The notes under the pieces: generated by a model | Databases searched by the model: none | Told to the model about the DNA's origin: nothing | The model's input: only the letters and a program-made list of their open reading frames with translations | Origin: Candidatus Binatia bacterium | GTDB taxonomy: Bacteria > Desulfobacterota > Binatia > Bin18 | Direction: 5' to 3' | Assembly: GCA_963666315.2 (NCBI GenBank) | Contig: CAXXHG010000020.1 | Span: 9,339-73,338, forward strand | Length of the DNA: 64,000 nucleotides | Translations under genes and position numbers: made by a program | Part shown: positions 59,856 to 64,000 of the stretch, piece by piece | Numbering within the stretch: the stretch's first letter is position 1 | How the letters are laid out: the number at the start of each line of letters is the position of its first letter

Positions 59856-61550
59856 CTATTCGATCGGAGGAAAGACAAATTTTGCCGGCATTACCAACAA
59901 GTGGGCACGCGCGCCCATGGGTCGTTTAGCGCCTTTCGTCATATACCAGGCTTCGACCCACACATCGCCAACATTACCTTCCATCCTGTGTCGTTTTTGA
60001 TTCGGCCCATCCTCCTGAGGCAGAAACAATCCAGTTTGATCGATAGCTCCAACATACTGGACATCGTCGTCATTCGGACGTTTCACATATTCTTCAAGAT
60101 TCCATTTAACCGGACCGATCCGTCCCAGCCTGACATCATCACCCGTGCCTTTGGTTTTATCCGGGCCGTTCGTGTATCCAACCACTTCAAACTGCTGAAA
60201 AATTTTCGGCGTTCGAATGCCGCCGGGGCGGGCGAACCCACGTTCCGGAGTGATACGGATATAATCAACAGCCCCGTACACCGTGACCTGTCCTTCTCCC
60301 GCAACGCCTTTGATCGAGACCTGACGCCGGCCTGCCTTGACCCCAGCTTTTGCAAACACTTCCGCCACAACGGTATTGTCTCCGTCTAGTCTCAGAGACA
60401 AGACGCCAACGCCCTCACCAAAGGAGAAATTGTCAGAGGACAGCAGGTCACCAGAAAAGCCATTACCGAATATTTTTACTGTTTGAGGCGATCCGGTTTG
60501 GATCATGGCCGGACTCACCGTCAACAGGCGCGCGGCATCCTGGCTACGGTACCAAGTTTCATCCATGCCGAGGTCACCGAAATTCGTCACTAAGCGCCGG
60601 CCAGATACAGTATTGCCATCTTCAGAAGCAAAGAAGATCTCCCGTTGCTGCGTTTCCTTCTCAGCCTGCCCTGCCTGTCTGACTTGGGCAACGCCGCGCC
60701 ATTGGAAGCCGGAGTAGATCATCCCAGTCGTAGAGCCTTCCATCTGAGAGCCGTCCGCAAAAGTATAGGAAAATTCTCCAGAGTACTGATCATCTTCTAG
60801 TGCAGTGAGTATGAGCTGTCCGGTGTAATCTCCCCCCCGCCCAGGGTCATGTCCAACCACGAGCCACGTTCCAGCGTAGCTCGCCTTTTTTACGGCTTGC
60901 CACTCCTGCCATTCTTTAGTCTCAAACGGCTGATGTTTGATGAGATGAGGAACGGCGGTGTTCTTTGCATTCTCATACCAAAAGTCCGTTAGCAGTCCGG
61001 CGGAGGCAGTCTCACTGCCGATATTCGGCATGAGGGCAACTTTGGCATCCGCCAGGCGCGCCCACGATTCCGGGCTGCGTCGCTGCAGGGCAATGCGCGC
61101 ATACGAATGACACTGCACACAGCCGGCTTGAAGCGGCTCAGGCACCTCCTGTGTCGTCCTCGTGTTGCGCTGTTCAAGAATGAAGCGATAGGGCTCGACT
61201 TCGGCTGGGGCGAGACCATAGTGGTCGCTGAGATATTTCACCAGCGTACGCGCCTCCCCGGCCTGCAATTCCACCCCGTGCGTGCGGGCCATACGACTGA
61301 GCGTCATACTCCAGCCTTCGGGCGTTTTGCGCTGGGATTCAATCCCATCAAATTTGCCGCCCTGCTCTTGCGGAGCGTGGCAGCCCGAACACCTCGTGTC
61401 TAAAATCGTTCGTGCAGCAAGTTCTGCCTGGCTGTCCTCCGCTCTGGCTTGCTGAGCTGCGACCAGCGGAGCTGTGACCAGAAAACCACACACTAAGAAC
61501 AACAGCCAACACTGCGAGCCTCTGGATTGCAATATTTCTCCGCTGCCCAT
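59856..61550 (-). CDS. qhpA: Quinohemoprotein amine dehydrogenase alpha subunit (di-heme c)
   Basis: CSGCH, QRKTPEGW, CVQCHSYARIALQRR, DGPNQKR. Confidence 0.93.
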   Translation of the reverse strand: MGSGEILQSRGSQCWLLFLVCGFLVTAPLVAAQQARAEDSQAELAARTILDTRCSGCHAPQEQGGKFDGIESQRKTPEGWSMTLSRMARTHGVELQAGEARTLVKYLSDHYGLAPAEVEPYRFILEQRNTRTTQEVPEPLQAGCVQCHSYARIALQRRSPESWARLADAKVALMPNIGSETASAGLLTDFWYENAKNTAVPHLIKHQPFETKEWQEWQAVKKASYAGTWLVVGHDPGRGGDYTGQLILTALEDDQYSGEFSYTFADGSQMEGSTTGMIYSGFQWRGVAQVRQAGQAEKETQQREIFFASEDGNTVSGRRLVTNFGDLGMDETWYRSQDAARLLTVSPAMIQTGSPQTVKIFGNGFSGDLLSSDNFSFGEGVGVLSLRLDGDNTVVAEVFAKAGVKAGRRQVSIKGVAGEGQVTVYGAVDYIRITPERGFARPGGIRTPKIFQQFEVVGYTNGPDKTKGTGDDVRLGRIGPVKWNLEEYVKRPNDDDVQYVGAIDQTGLFLPQEDGPNQKRHRMEGNVGDVWVEAWYMTKGAKRPMGARAHLLVMPAKFVFPPIE

Positions 61551-61607
61551 ACCGGTCCTCTCCTCATAGGATGGAACAACCGCGTGTGCACCTGATATAG
61601 TATCGGA

Positions 61608-61635
61608 ATTCTATACTTCTCTCAGCCCGAGTCAA
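61608..61635 (-). promoter_or_regulatory. Candidate sigma70 promoter of the qhp operon
   Basis: TTGACT-16nt-TAGAAT on the minus strand, about 60 nt upstream of qhpA. Confidence 0.4.
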
Positions 61636-61770
61636 ACGGAATCCAACCGAATCCACCTGAATCTCGAGACGCATAATCGCACGAATACCGGAGCATTCGT
61701 CTTCGCATCAGCCCCCGCCTTTGCTATTCTTACACAGAGACAGGGGCGAGAGAGGACGCTGGAGAGACCA

Positions 61771-62502
61771 GTGGATCAAGCTCAAGACCGAACTCAAGAT
61801 ACCGTTGCAGCACCGACCGGAACAGGGGTCAAAGTTGCGCTCATTGATAGTGGAGTAAACGCACAGCATTCGCACGTCGGACACGTAGCCGGGGGAATAC
61901 AGTTTTTCCTGTCTGACGAGGGGACCGTTCAAACAAGTCCTGAGTATCCTGATCACATGGGTCACGGCACAGCGCTCGCTGGCGTACTACGAGCCAAAGC
62001 CCCCCAAGTCGAATTGTACGCGGTCAAGATTTTTTCCGATCATCTGGCCACATCGTTTCCGGTCCTCGAAGCCGCACTGCATTGGGCCATTGAGCAGCGG
62101 ATAAAAATTATCAATCTGAGTCTCGGACTCATTAATCCGGACCATCGTACCTCTCTTACGGAAATCGTCATACGGATACAAGAAGCGAACCTTGTCCTCG
62201 TTGCCGCTTCTCCTCCCGATCGCTCAGACGTTCTGCCAGCAACACTGCCCGGCGTGATAGGCGTAGCCGGTGACGAGACCTGTGCCTGGGACGAACATCG
62301 CTATATGGCGGAGAGCGCTGTTCCTGTTCGTACTCATCCACACCCGCGCCCGCTTCCTGGCCCGGCTCAAGGACAGAATTTTCATGGGCATAGCTTTGCG
62401 TCCGCCCATATTTCCGCACTGCTCGCCCTGCAGGCCGAACACCAGCCTGACCTCAGCGTAGGAGCAGCCCAGGAGCATCTCAAACGGACCAGCATGGCAT
62501 AA
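61771..62502 (+). CDS. qhpE: Subtilisin-like S8 protease, probable QhpC leader peptidase
   Basis: Triad motifs IDSG, GHGT, GHSFA; short, no signal peptide; divergent from qhpA. Confidence 0.8.
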   Translation: MDQAQDRTQDTVAAPTGTGVKVALIDSGVNAQHSHVGHVAGGIQFFLSDEGTVQTSPEYPDHMGHGTALAGVLRAKAPQVELYAVKIFSDHLATSFPVLEAALHWAIEQRIKIINLSLGLINPDHRTSLTEIVIRIQEANLVLVAASPPDRSDVLPATLPGVIGVAGDETCAWDEHRYMAESAVPVRTHPHPRPLPGPAQGQNFHGHSFASAHISALLALQAEHQPDLSVGAAQEHLKRTSMA

Positions 62503-62526
62503 GGGGTTTCCCTCCCCGGGGGCACT

Positions 62527-63996
62527 ATGAAAACCGATGCAGGCAAGACAAAGGCGCAACTGATTGAGGAACTCGACCGACTCCGCCAACACGTGGCTCG
62601 GCTTGAAGCACCGCAAGGAGCACCGGAGCGCAGCGCTGTCTCACTGCACAAGAGTGAGGAACGCTATCGACTCTTATTTGAAACCAATGGCAGCTTTACC
62701 GTGTGTGTTGCTCCGGACTTTCGGATTCTCGAATTCAACCAGGAAGCCGAACGCCTCAGCGGCTGGCAGAGAGAAGAGGTCCTCGGTCAAGACTATCGCA
62801 GACTCTTTTTGCCCAAGGCAGATTGGAACGCAGCCGAAGCAGCCATGGATCAGCTTTTCGCGGGCACTCCCATTCGTAACTTTGAGCACTGCATCTGTAC
62901 CAAGACAGGCGAAAAACGTACCCTGCTGTGGAATGTTACCCGCCTGCTCGACCCCGCCGGATACCCTATCCAGCTTATCGCTACTGGCCAAGATATCACC
63001 GAGCACAAGCGCATACAGGCAGCGCTGCAGACGAGCGAGGAGCGCTATCGCATCACCAGTCAGTCGATATCCGATTTTGCCTTCTCCTACCAATTCAGCC
63101 CGGCCGGCAGCTACGTCATGGAATGGCTGACTGACAGTTTTACCAAGCTAACCGGCTTTGCAGTCGAAGAGTTGGTAGGCAAGCCCAATATCCTGGGGTC
63201 CTATATCCATCCGGACGATTTAAAACGAGTCGTGGAGGTTATACAGACGTTGAAGCCGGGGGCAGTGAACCTCACTGAGCTTCGGTTACGGACGAAGAGC
63301 GGGGGGTATCGGTGGGTTGGGTCATACTCACAGACGGTGGTAGGGAAGGAAGAAGGTTCTGTACAGATCTATGGCGCCTGCCAAGACATTACCGAGCGCA
63401 AACGAGCCGAGATCGCACGCCAACACGCCCACGACAAATTAGAACGACGCGTCATTGAACGAACGGTCGCCCTGGCCCGGGCAAACGACCAGCTCCGGGC
63501 GGAAATCACCGAACGCGAGCAGGCGGAGAAGGCACTGCGAAAGAGTGAAGAACATTACCGTGCGGTGGTAGAAGACCAAACCGAACTCATCTGCCGTTTT
63601 ACCCCAGACACCCAGCTCACCTTCGTCAATGATGCCTGCTGTCGGTATTTCGACACGTCGCGCGAAGACTTGCTGGGCCGAAGTTTTTTGCCCCTCTTGC
63701 CCGAAGAGGAACGGCCGGCTGCCAGAGCCCACGCTGCCTCTCTCAGCACCCACCCGCGTCTCACATCCTATGAACATACCGTGCTTGCGGCGAATGGGGA
63801 GGTCCGCTGGATCCAATGGACGGGTCATGCTCTGCTGGATGAACGCGGGAACGTTGTTGAGTGCCAGTGGGTCGGACGCGACATCACGCAACAGAAACGA
63901 TTAGAAGAGAAATTGCGAGCGGGCGAAAACCTGATTGCCACCGGCCGGATGGCGGCCGGGGTGGCGCATGAGATCAACAATCCGCAAGGAAATTGA
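62527..63996 (+). CDS. Multi-PAS sensor histidine kinase, reading frame stops just after the H-box
   Basis: Three PAS/PAC domains, then GRMAAGVAHEINNP-QGN-TGA; no HATPase in frame within the window. Confidence 0.75.
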   Translation: MKTDAGKTKAQLIEELDRLRQHVARLEAPQGAPERSAVSLHKSEERYRLLFETNGSFTVCVAPDFRILEFNQEAERLSGWQREEVLGQDYRRLFLPKADWNAAEAAMDQLFAGTPIRNFEHCICTKTGEKRTLLWNVTRLLDPAGYPIQLIATGQDITEHKRIQAALQTSEERYRITSQSISDFAFSYQFSPAGSYVMEWLTDSFTKLTGFAVEELVGKPNILGSYIHPDDLKRVVEVIQTLKPGAVNLTELRLRTKSGGYRWVGSYSQTVVGKEEGSVQIYGACQDITERKRAEIARQHAHDKLERRVIERTVALARANDQLRAEITEREQAEKALRKSEEHYRAVVEDQTELICRFTPDTQLTFVNDACCRYFDTSREDLLGRSFLPLLPEEERPAARAHAASLSTHPRLTSYEHTVLAANGEVRWIQWTGHALLDERGNVVECQWVGRDITQQKRLEEKLRAGENLIATGRMAAGVAHEINNPQGN

Positions 63997-64000
63997 TCGC

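Noticed and set aside
63994-63996. Terminal TGA of the PAS kinase as selenocysteine
   Set aside because: Not at a Cys-equivalent position, and the sequence already departs from the HisKA consensus before it
1-64000. Genome-wide stop-codon reassignment (TGA to Trp/Gly, or TAG to an amino acid)
   Set aside because: TGA and TAG both terminate many intact genes at their expected C-termini, and Trp is encoded by TGG

Overview
A bacterial chromosomal window dominated by accessory catabolic and redox genes. The gene mix (many luciferase-like monooxygenases, amidohydrolases, DUF1329/DUF1302 proteins) suggests a Binatota/deltaproteobacterial-type organism, but this is inference only. Main blocks: a YCF48-RND-DUF1302-DUF1329 envelope cassette (1.6-9.1 kb); an LLM, methyltransferase and hydantoinase/oxoprolinase A-B block (9.9-20.7 kb); a UGSC-protein, amidohydrolase and LLM block (22.5-27.8 kb); an IS30-family scar upstream of an ilvE homologue; DegP and a rhomboid protease; a pseudogene-rich stretch (38.7-45.1 kb); a CoA-chemistry and di-iron cluster with an SSS transporter (45.1-55.9 kb); and a quinohemoprotein amine dehydrogenase operon qhpADCB with divergent qhpE (56.8-62.5 kb). 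The strongest hidden signal is UGA recoding that the ORF track misses. A MerB-like gene (42195-42920) has in-frame TGA at both positions where MerB has its catalytic cysteines, and a UGSC-motif gene (26129-26671) has one in-frame TGA. Each TGA is followed by a SECIS-like hairpin. No rRNA, tRNA or CRISPR array was recognised. All family calls come from motif recognition by eye, not database searches.
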